Shown piece by piece: positions 57,289-64,000 of a stretch of DNA of 64,000 bases. Numbering within the stretch: the stretch's first letter is position 1; every line of letters starts with the position of its first letter. The position numbers and the translations under genes are program-made. Under the pieces are notes generated by a model. It was not told the origin of the DNA. It saw nothing but the letters and a program-made list of their open reading frames with translations, and did no database searches. Source of the stretch: Clostridiales bacterium (GTDB taxonomy: Bacteria > Bacillota > Clostridia > DUPQ01); assembly GCA_023145435.1 (NCBI GenBank), contig JAGLDS010000001.1, positions 51,140 to 115,139 of the forward strand, read 5' to 3'.

Positions 57289-58342
57289 AAATTCAGAAGG
57301 CTCATTTGTTAAGTTGGAAGATGGAACAATCATATTTGCTTATAGTAAATTTATGGGTGAAGGTCATCAAGACGTATCAAAAGCATATATTGCGTTTGAA
57401 TATTCATATGATAATGGAGAAACATTTGGAGACGAAAAAATAATGTTTTCGCCAGATGAAGTAGGTGCAAAAAATATAATGGCTGTGTCCTTTTTACAAT
57501 TGGATAATTGTATTATTGTTGCTTATGTAGTTAGATATGGATTTCATGATCTTAGACTACATATTAGAAAAACCTATGACCAGTGTAAAACCTTTACTGA
57601 ACTAAAATGCACTATACCTTATCCTGGTTACTATGTTACAAACAACGATAGATTAGTTAGATTATCTAATAATTCTATTATTATACCTACCGCATATCAT
57701 CGTTGTCTTCATAGCGATTCTTTAGCTTGGAGTTCATGGGATAGTCGTGGAGTTGCTAGATTCTTTGTTTCAGAGGACGAAGGTGAAACATTCATAGAAT
57801 CAAAGGGATTTGGTGCGCTAAATATTGGTGATAGTAATACAGGGTTACAAGAACCAGGTGTAATTGAAATAAATAAAGGACATCTTCTTTGTTATTGTAG
57901 AACTGATTTAGGATGTCAATACTTATCACATTCATATGATTATGGTAAAACATGGAGCAACTTTTCACCATCAAAATTCTTTTCACCAACATCGCCAATG
58001 TCTATGAAGAGAATTGATGAAAAAAGGATTTTGGCAGTTTATAATCCTGTTCCAATAACACCTATTGCTAACGAAGGAACTTCATGGGGAAGGACACCAC
58101 TAATTGGAGCAATAAGTGAAGATAATGGTAGTACTTTTAGCAAATTTTTCATGTTAGAAAATGATAAACTAGCTGGATTTTGCTATACAGCTATGTATGT
58201 TGATGGAGATAATATTTTGTTATCATATTGTTGTGGTGGTGAAACTGATGGTCAATGCCTAAATAGAATCAGAATAAGAAAGTTAAGTGTGCAAGATATA
58301 TATAACAATCTAGAGCAAAGTAGTATAATAATAAATACATAG
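57239..58342 (+). CDS. BNR/Asp-box six-bladed-propeller protein (sialidase-like), cytoplasmic
   Basis: Four Asp-boxes: SYDNGETF, SEDEGETF, SYDYGKTW, SEDNGSTF. N-terminal NPRNSEGSFV. AAAGGAG RBS. The start lies 50 nt inside rarD. Confidence 0.7.
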   Translation: MIGKTIKDFPPTAENPRNSEGSFVKLEDGTIIFAYSKFMGEGHQDVSKAYIAFEYSYDNGETFGDEKIMFSPDEVGAKNIMAVSFLQLDNCIIVAYVVRYGFHDLRLHIRKTYDQCKTFTELKCTIPYPGYYVTNNDRLVRLSNNSIIIPTAYHRCLHSDSLAWSSWDSRGVARFFVSEDEGETFIESKGFGALNIGDSNTGLQEPGVIEINKGHLLCYCRTDLGCQYLSHSYDYGKTWSNFSPSKFFSPTSPMSMKRIDEKRILAVYNPVPITPIANEGTSWGRTPLIGAISEDNGSTFSKFFMLENDKLAGFCYTAMYVDGDNILLSYCCGGETDGQCLNRIRIRKLSVQDIYNNLEQSSIIINT

Positions 58343-58356
58343 GGAGGGAATTGTTC

Positions 58357-59373
58357 ATGAAAAAAGTTACTGTAGGATTTATTGGTTGTGGAGGGTTTGC
58401 CCAAAATATGCATATGCCTTTATTAGTGAAAAATGATAAATATATCATTAAAGCTTATATGGATATTAATCTAGGAGCTGCTAAAAGTGCTCATGAAAAA
58501 TTTGGAGGAGACTATTACACAGATAAGATTGAAAAGCTTTTAGATGATCCAACGATTGATTTGGTTTTTATAACTACAAGACATGATTCACATGCAAATT
58601 TAAGTATAAAAGTTGCTAATGCTAAAAAAAATATCATGTGTGAAAAACCAATGGCTCTAAATTATGAAGACTGTTTAAGAGTAGCAAAAGCTGTTAAAGA
58701 GAACAATGTGAAATATACCATTGGATATAACAGAGGGTTAGCACCTTTAGTTACTAAAGCTAAAGATTTGTTAGATACAACTAAGGGGAAAATTATGGCT
58801 TATCATCGAATACAAGCACCATTTCCAGAAGAGCATTGGGCTCATATAAAGGAAATAGGTGGAGGCAGATTCGTTGGTGAAGGCTGTCATATATTTGACT
58901 TATTCTGTAGATTAATTGATGCTGATCCAATTTCTGTTTATGCTTCAGGAGGAACTTTTTTAGATGAAAAAAAAGTAGCTGTTCCTGATAGTGCAAATGT
59001 GACAATTACATTTGCTGATGGTAGTGCTTGCACAACATTAATAGCAAGTGCGGGTTGTTCAGCTTTTGAAAAGGAAGTAACAGAAATATATTGCGATAAT
59101 AAAGCAATATATATTAATGGATTCAAGGAAATTGAATATTATGGATTTGAAGGACATGATAAAATTGCAATGCAATTAGATGGAGTAGATAAAGGTCAGC
59201 GAATCGAACTTGATTTATTAGCAGATGCAATATTAAATAATACACCTAGCCCAAATGGGATTGACATTGCTTTAAGAGCTGCTGTTATAAGTTACAAAGT
59301 TGATCAATCAATTGAAAGTAAACAACCAGTTAAAATAAAAGAAAGTGAAATTTACTATAATGAAGATTACTAA
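58357..59373 (+). CDS. Gfo/Idh/MocA-family NAD(P)-dependent oxidoreductase
   Basis: VGFIGCGGFAQ Rossmann motif and the CEKPMA (EKP) motif. Confidence 0.85.
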   Translation: MKKVTVGFIGCGGFAQNMHMPLLVKNDKYIIKAYMDINLGAAKSAHEKFGGDYYTDKIEKLLDDPTIDLVFITTRHDSHANLSIKVANAKKNIMCEKPMALNYEDCLRVAKAVKENNVKYTIGYNRGLAPLVTKAKDLLDTTKGKIMAYHRIQAPFPEEHWAHIKEIGGGRFVGEGCHIFDLFCRLIDADPISVYASGGTFLDEKKVAVPDSANVTITFADGSACTTLIASAGCSAFEKEVTEIYCDNKAIYINGFKEIEYYGFEGHDKIAMQLDGVDKGQRIELDLLADAILNNTPSPNGIDIALRAAVISYKVDQSIESKQPVKIKESEIYYNEDY

Positions 59374-60607
59374 GGGTTCGATTGGATATGTAACTGAACC
59401 TCTATTAAAACCTTTTGGGTTTAAAGGAGGTTATGTTAGTGATGTCTGGCAGGTAGTAGTAAGTATCGGTAATGATGAACATATGGCAACTGGACTAAGT
59501 ATTCAATCAGTTCTTTGGTCAGATGGACAGGTTTTTGCATCACTAGGTCAATTAGCTGGTGATAAACTTATGTATGATACAACAAAGTTTGCTTTGTCAT
59601 ATTTACAAACCATTGAATTTGAGCACCCAAAACAAGCTACTAGAATGTTGTTTGAAAAGTGTTATGAACATGTAAAAATAACAACTAAAATAGATGTTAA
59701 AAAAACCTTTATATTAAATGCATTAGTAGCTATTGATATGGCATTATGGTTGCTATATGCAAAAGAAAAAGGAGTTACTTCTTTTACTAAATTAACAGGA
59801 TTAGAAAAAAAGCATAATAAAGTAGCATCTATTCCGTTAATTACTTATACAACAACAACAGATGAAATAAGAGAAATGCTAAATAATGGACAGTTCTTTT
59901 TAAAGATTAAAATTGGGAATAATTATGAATGGGACAAACAGCGTATAATGGAAATTTATCAATTAACTAAAGAGATAGATTGTCCATACACTACTACTGA
60001 AAAACCAATATTATATTTAGATGCTAATGGCAGGTATGAAAATTATGACAAATTAGCTTCTTTGATTAATTATCTTGATATAAAAGGTATTTTACCTGAT
60101 GTTGGATTATTTGAAGAGCCATTTTCAGAAGAAAAACAAATAGATATAAGTTTACTACCTTGTATCTTTGCATGTGATGAAAGTGCTCATTCTGTCAAAG
60201 AGGTAAAGGAAAGATATGAACAAGGGTATAAAGCTATTGCACTAAAACCAGTGGCAAAAACGTTATCTGAAAGTCTAGAGATGTTAGAGTTTGCTATATC
60301 TATGGGAATGAAGCCATTTGTTGCTGATTTAACTGTTAATCCATTTCTATTGGAATTAAATCGTAATATAGCTTGTAGAATAGATACATTAGACAGTGTA
60401 TCTGTTGGGTTACTTGAAACCAATGGTGACATGAATTATACCAATTGGGAAAAGATGATTACTTACCATCCGCTAAAAAAAGAAGGTTTTCAGGTTGCAA
60501 AAAATGGAGTATTTATAATGGATGACTATGAGAAAAATGATGGAGGAATCTTTTTGAATTCTTCATATTATGATAGTGTTCCAAAGGAGGTAATTAAAAA
60601 TGGCTAG
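59360..60607 (+). CDS. enolase-superfamily protein, muconate-lactonizing-enzyme (MLE)-subgroup-like
   Basis: Ordered motifs FLKIKIG (KxK), LYLDANGRY (Asp ligand), LFEEPF (Glu ligand), ACDESAHS (third ligand), IALKPV (second Lys base). The start is either ATG 59360 or GTG 59345, and both overlap the upstream gene. Confidence 0.6.
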   Translation: MKITKGSIGYVTEPLLKPFGFKGGYVSDVWQVVVSIGNDEHMATGLSIQSVLWSDGQVFASLGQLAGDKLMYDTTKFALSYLQTIEFEHPKQATRMLFEKCYEHVKITTKIDVKKTFILNALVAIDMALWLLYAKEKGVTSFTKLTGLEKKHNKVASIPLITYTTTTDEIREMLNNGQFFLKIKIGNNYEWDKQRIMEIYQLTKEIDCPYTTTEKPILYLDANGRYENYDKLASLINYLDIKGILPDVGLFEEPFSEEKQIDISLLPCIFACDESAHSVKEVKERYEQGYKAIALKPVAKTLSESLEMLEFAISMGMKPFVADLTVNPFLLELNRNIACRIDTLDSVSVGLLETNGDMNYTNWEKMITYHPLKKEGFQVAKNGVFIMDDYEKNDGGIFLNSSYYDSVPKEVIKNG

Positions 60608-61532
60608 AAAAGTTAAAATATCTGTATTGTCTGGACATCGTCCTAACCAGTACAATGGTGAAATGAAAGTAGATTTGGCTATAAAAGCCATGAAAGATTA
60701 TTGGACAAACGAATTACAACAAGCGGTTAATGAAAAAAGTGATGTGGTATTGCTACCAGAAGCTTGTGATAGATTTTTAGACTTAGAACCTTCATTTGCT
60801 AAAGAATTTCATGAAACAAAAATTCACATAATGCCTGAATTTTTTGCAAAATATGCCAAAGAACATAAGATTACCATTGTTTATAGTGGCAAATTAGAGA
60901 AAACAAACTCAAGTGTAGTATTTGATCAAGATGGAAATACTGTATCAACTTATGATAAAGTTTTTCCAATGATTGAAGAAATTAATGTTGGAATTATTCC
61001 GGGGACAGATGCAATAATTAGTTCATTTAATAATATTAAAAAGGCAGGATTTGCTATTTGTTTTGATTTGAATTTTGATGAACTAAGACAACAATATATT
61101 GATTTAGGTTCTGAAGTAATCTTTTTTTCTTCAATGTTTCACGGAGGATTTCAACAAGAACTTTGGGCATATAGTACTAGGTCGTTTTTTGTGTCTTCTA
61201 TATTTGGGAAACAAAGTAGAATAATGGCGCCAAATGGGAGTATACTTGCGTCAACTTCAAACTATAATACACATTGTTCTGCTGTAGTTAATTTAGATAG
61301 TGTGCTAGTTCATTTAGATCATAATAATAATAAGCTTCCAGCAATTAAGAAAAAATATGGAGATAAAATTATTGTTGATGATACAGGATATTTAGGTTCT
61401 ATTATGATATATAATGAACTAGAAGATAGAACAATTAATGATATAGTAAAAGAATTTAAACTAGAATTACTTGATGACTATTTTAATAGATCAAGAGATT
61501 ATATAAGCAATTTCTTGAAAAGCATTGATTAA
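60600..61532 (+). CDS. carbon-nitrogen hydrolase (nitrilase superfamily) amidase
   Basis: E-K-C triad contexts VVLLPEACD, YDKVFP, GFAICFDLNF. AAGGAGG RBS. 8-nt overlap with the upstream gene. Confidence 0.7.
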   Translation: MARKVKISVLSGHRPNQYNGEMKVDLAIKAMKDYWTNELQQAVNEKSDVVLLPEACDRFLDLEPSFAKEFHETKIHIMPEFFAKYAKEHKITIVYSGKLEKTNSSVVFDQDGNTVSTYDKVFPMIEEINVGIIPGTDAIISSFNNIKKAGFAICFDLNFDELRQQYIDLGSEVIFFSSMFHGGFQQELWAYSTRSFFVSSIFGKQSRIMAPNGSILASTSNYNTHCSAVVNLDSVLVHLDHNNNKLPAIKKKYGDKIIVDDTGYLGSIMIYNELEDRTINDIVKEFKLELLDDYFNRSRDYISNFLKSID

Positions 61533-62605
61533 TATGTACCTAATTTTAATCCTTTTTCAATAAAGTATTTATAGGTTTCATAATCTACATTGTTAGGTAT
61601 AGAGTGGTCTGAGTGTAAAACATAACCAAAGTTTTTCATTACATAGGGAATTTTTTCTTCTAATTCTTTATCAATCAATTTTTTATCATTTGAATAAAGA
61701 ACTCTTACATCAATTCCTCCCATGAAAGATAAATCTTGACCAAATTGTTTATATAATTTTACTAAATCCATTCCAGCTTTTACTTCAATAACTTGCAGAC
61801 AGTCAATGCCTGCATCCATCATACCTGGAAGCAATGTTTCTACATAACCACAAGAATGCATAATTACAGGTAAATCAAGACTTTTGGCAAAATCAATAGT
61901 TTTTTTATGACCTGGCTTAATTATTTCGTCATACATAGCAGGTGACATAAAGGGGCGTAATTTAAAACCCATATCTTCGTAATACCAAATACCATCTGGT
62001 TTTCCTTCTTTTTCAAACAAGATTTCTTGTAAGTTAACAATAAGTTCTGAATAGGTATCAACCATATCTTTAACCCAATCAGGATCTAATGCCATTCCTA
62101 CAAGCATATGTTCATGTCCGCATACTGGATGCATAGATTCGAAAACGTTAACTCCAGATAAACAGAAAAACTTATTTTGTAAAGCAGCTTTTGCTTTCTT
62201 AGTGCGATAATCATCAAAGTTAATTCTATCAACGGTAGCCTTAAGTAATGGTTTTGTATATTTTTCCCAAGCTTTACGTTCTTTTACGAGAAAATCCACA
62301 TGTTCAGGAGTGGCATCATGTAATTTGTGTCTTCTTAATAAAGCTCCATTGCCATCACGTTTTAGGACAGTTTCTTCTGTTTCTTCAATTATTTGTGGTA
62401 TAAAATTTAAATCAGCCGTTAATTTAAAAGCCCATGATAATTCCAAATCAAAATTAAAGTGTTCACCAAAATCTACGTCTATAGGAATTTTATCTTTTTT
62501 GGCCCAGATTCTTTTAGTATCAGACCAAAAATGCTCCATAAGACCAATTCTATCAACTGGTTTCCTCTGTAAGATATTTGTTATACGATCTATACTGTTC
62601 ATCAT
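61529..62605 (-). CDS. URO-D superfamily protein, MtaA-like (paralog 5)
   Basis: N-terminal QRKPVDRIGLMEHFW, HSCG motif, C-terminal YVLHSDHSIPNNVD. GGAGGT RBS before the ATG at 62605. Convergent 4-nt overlap with the CN-hydrolase gene. Confidence 0.65.
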   Translation of the reverse strand: MMNSIDRITNILQRKPVDRIGLMEHFWSDTKRIWAKKDKIPIDVDFGEHFNFDLELSWAFKLTADLNFIPQIIEETEETVLKRDGNGALLRRHKLHDATPEHVDFLVKERKAWEKYTKPLLKATVDRINFDDYRTKKAKAALQNKFFCLSGVNVFESMHPVCGHEHMLVGMALDPDWVKDMVDTYSELIVNLQEILFEKEGKPDGIWYYEDMGFKLRPFMSPAMYDEIIKPGHKKTIDFAKSLDLPVIMHSCGYVETLLPGMMDAGIDCLQVIEVKAGMDLVKLYKQFGQDLSFMGGIDVRVLYSNDKKLIDKELEEKIPYVMKNFGYVLHSDHSIPNNVDYETYKYFIEKGLKLGTY

Positions 62606-62752
62606 AGAGTTAACCTCCAACTAGATACAGCTTAATATATTTGATTTAAAAATGGAACAGGAAAAATTAAAAATTTAATAAAAAACATTAAAATAGTTGA
62701 ACCATGTAAAGTGTATTGATATAATAAACATAATAAAATTTGGGGGTATCTC

Positions 62753-63064
62753 ATGGACGAAAACACATATGTTGAATCTGAAATCAATGAACAAGGAACA
62801 AATAAAAAAGCAATTATAGGATTTGTTTGCTCAATAATAGGTGTAGTTTTATGTTGTGGCTTTCCCGTAGGGATTGTAGGATTAGTTTTTAGTATTATGG
62901 CGCTTAATGAAATAAAACAAACAGGTTTAGAAAATGGGAAGGGACTAGCAATTGCTGGTATCGTCCTTGCTATTTTAAGTTTATTAATTATTATATTATT
63001 AGTTGGTCTTGGAGTTATCACTTCACTTGTTACTCCATTAGTAGAGCCACTTATATATTATTAA
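62753..63064 (+). CDS. DUF4190 small membrane protein
   Basis: KKAIIGFVCSIIGVVLCCGFPVGIVGLVFSIMALNEIKQ...GKGLAIAGIVLAI is the DUF4190 pattern. Confidence 0.65.
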   Translation: MDENTYVESEINEQGTNKKAIIGFVCSIIGVVLCCGFPVGIVGLVFSIMALNEIKQTGLENGKGLAIAGIVLAILSLLIIILLVGLGVITSLVTPLVEPLIYY

Positions 63065-63495
63065 TGAAAAAAAATATTGAACCAATTGTTTTTTTATTAG
63101 GTAGTGTAATTATTTTATTGCTATCATTGATATTAACGTTTCAAAATGAAACAGTAACTTTTCATATCGGAAAATTATATTTTGCTAGTGGTTATCAATG
63201 CCCAATATATAGTGTCTTTCATATTCCATGTCCGACTTGTGGATTAACAAGGGCTTTTGTTTTATTTGCACATTTGGATTTTAAAAGGGCCTATATGTAC
63301 AATCCTAGTGTATTTATATTATTCCCATATATACTATTACAAATTCCATTACAAATTATTGATTTAATTAAAAGAAAAAAACATGTTAATAATAATAAAA
63401 TGAGAAAAACAAATCTATATATTTTAATTGCTGTAGGTTTTATTTTAATAATTATATGGGTAGCTAAATTAGCTCATATATTGCCCATTCTATAA
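63064..63495 (+). CDS. DUF2752 membrane protein
   Basis: CPIYSVFHIPCPTCGLTRAF motif. TAATG stop/start overlap with the DUF4190 gene. Confidence 0.65.
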   Translation: MKKNIEPIVFLLGSVIILLLSLILTFQNETVTFHIGKLYFASGYQCPIYSVFHIPCPTCGLTRAFVLFAHLDFKRAYMYNPSVFILFPYILLQIPLQIIDLIKRKKHVNNNKMRKTNLYILIAVGFILIIIWVAKLAHILPIL

Positions 63496-63519
63496 TGCTT
63501 CTGTGCTATAATATTTGCT

Positions 63520-64000
63520 ATGGGAGTTATTACATTTAACAAAGTAACCAAAAGTTACGGAGATAATTTAATATTAGATAAAGTTTCTTTTGAAATTCAT
63601 GAAAATGAGAAGATTGCATTAATAGGTAAAAATGGAACAGGAAAGACTACAATTTTCAATATTTTAACTGAATCTATTGACATTGATGATGGAGTTTTCT
63701 CCATTCAAAAAGAACGAACAATTGCATACTTACAGCAAATTCATGAAGCTAGTGATAAACATACAGGTTATGAAATCTTACAACTTGCTTTTTCGAAAAT
63801 TGACCAATTACAAATTGATATGGAAAATGCTCATGAATTAATGGCTGCTAACCCTACAAATAAAATTCATATTAAAGAGTATGGCCGATTACATGATAAA
63901 TTTGAATTTATGGGTGGATATAATGTTAGTGAAAAAATTTCTAAAATTATTACCGGATTAAAAATTCCAGAAAAAGTATTAAAAAATCAGTTTACAAAAT
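63520..64000 (+). CDS. ABC-F family ATPase, 3' end cut by the window edge
   Basis: MGVITFNKVTKSYGDNLILDKVSFEI...GKNGTGKTT (Walker A), then an ABC-F-style helical insert. The frame stays open to base 64000. It is not in the ORF track because there is no stop. Confidence 0.8.
   Translation, partial: MGVITFNKVTKSYGDNLILDKVSFEIHENEKIALIGKNGTGKTTIFNILTESIDIDDGVFSIQKERTIAYLQQIHEASDKHTGYEILQLAFSKIDQLQIDMENAHELMAANPTNKIHIKEYGRLHDKFEFMGGYNVSEKISKIITGLKIPEKVLKNQFTK

Noticed and set aside
21484-62605. Reading the URO-D-family genes as haem-biosynthesis hemE
   Set aside because: There are five divergent copies and none is next to hem genes. Most carry the HxCG motif of the MtaA-type methyltransferase branch rather than a HemE-like sequence. 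The genuine function remains unknown.
62632-63021. 129-aa ORF antisense to the DUF4190 gene
   Set aside because: The plus-strand frame matches the DUF4190 pattern and is start/stop coupled to DUF2752. The minus-strand ORF has no RBS and a Pro/Ile/Thr-rich nonsense-like composition.
1-64000. About 45 short to medium ORFs in the six-frame track lie antisense to, or nested within, the long genes (for example 630-866, 4412-4675, 7009-7251, 12512-12820, 16750-17073, 26850-27185, 45094-45342, 51046-51297).
   Set aside because: Each lies wholly inside a longer ORF with clear family motifs on the other strand or frame. They have Phe/Leu/Ile/Ser/Lys-rich low-complexity translations typical of the reverse complement of AT-rich coding sequence, and they lack RBS sites.
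1-64000. Mollicute genetic code (TGA = Trp), considered given the very low GC
   Set aside because: Several well-conserved genes end at TGA at the expected length (arsC, the RND pump, thiY). Trp in conserved motifs is TGG, and long ORFs are intact under code 11.
1-64000. CRISPR arrays, IS elements, integrases, prophage or defence-island signatures; rRNA and tRNA genes
   Set aside because: I found no regularly spaced direct repeats, no transposase, recombinase or nuclease-type ORFs, and no terminal inverted repeats. A T-loop-like GTTCGATT at about 17850 (minus strand) lacks complementary arms, so it is not a tRNA.

Overview
64 kb chromosomal segment from a very AT-rich (about 30% GC by eye) Bacillota/Mycoplasmatota-type genome. 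It uses the standard code: TGA ends several genes and Trp is TGG. I support about 60 protein genes, one TPP riboswitch, several intrinsic terminators and sigma-A-like promoters, and a few gene remnants. I saw no rRNA, tRNA, CRISPR array, transposase, integrase or phage genes. Housekeeping and stress genes are scattered through the window: tadA, 3-methyladenine glycosylase, DEAD-box helicase, pepC, gpx, DAHP synthase, tyrA, arsC, an ANT(6) aminoglycoside nucleotidyltransferase, a CDF exporter, TetR plus RND pump, and thiXYZ. Between them lie several tightly packed loci of cytoplasmic (no signal peptide) carbohydrate-type enzymes: GH4, GH2 beta-mannosidase-like, two paralogous beta-propeller proteins, a BNR/Asp-box propeller, an AGE-family epimerase, a Cys-type sulfatase, and four GT4 glycosyltransferase genes, one of them a double-GT4 fusion. 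The most unusual pattern is five divergent URO-D/MtaA-fold paralogs. Each sits inside or next to one of these sugar loci, with no corrinoid-protein or haem-pathway context. This family, and the operon rarD / BNR propeller / Gfo-Idh-MocA / enolase-superfamily / CN-hydrolase, are my best candidates for undescribed biochemistry. Other points worth a second look are a frameshifted DUF77 thiamine-binding domain read in-frame into thiX behind the TPP riboswitch, a GC-rich switch-like RNA structure upstream of a ChrB-domain/MFS operon, and a 9-codon uORF plus terminator ahead of a Mor/CD3324-like regulator. All homology calls come from motif recognition by eye; no searches were run.
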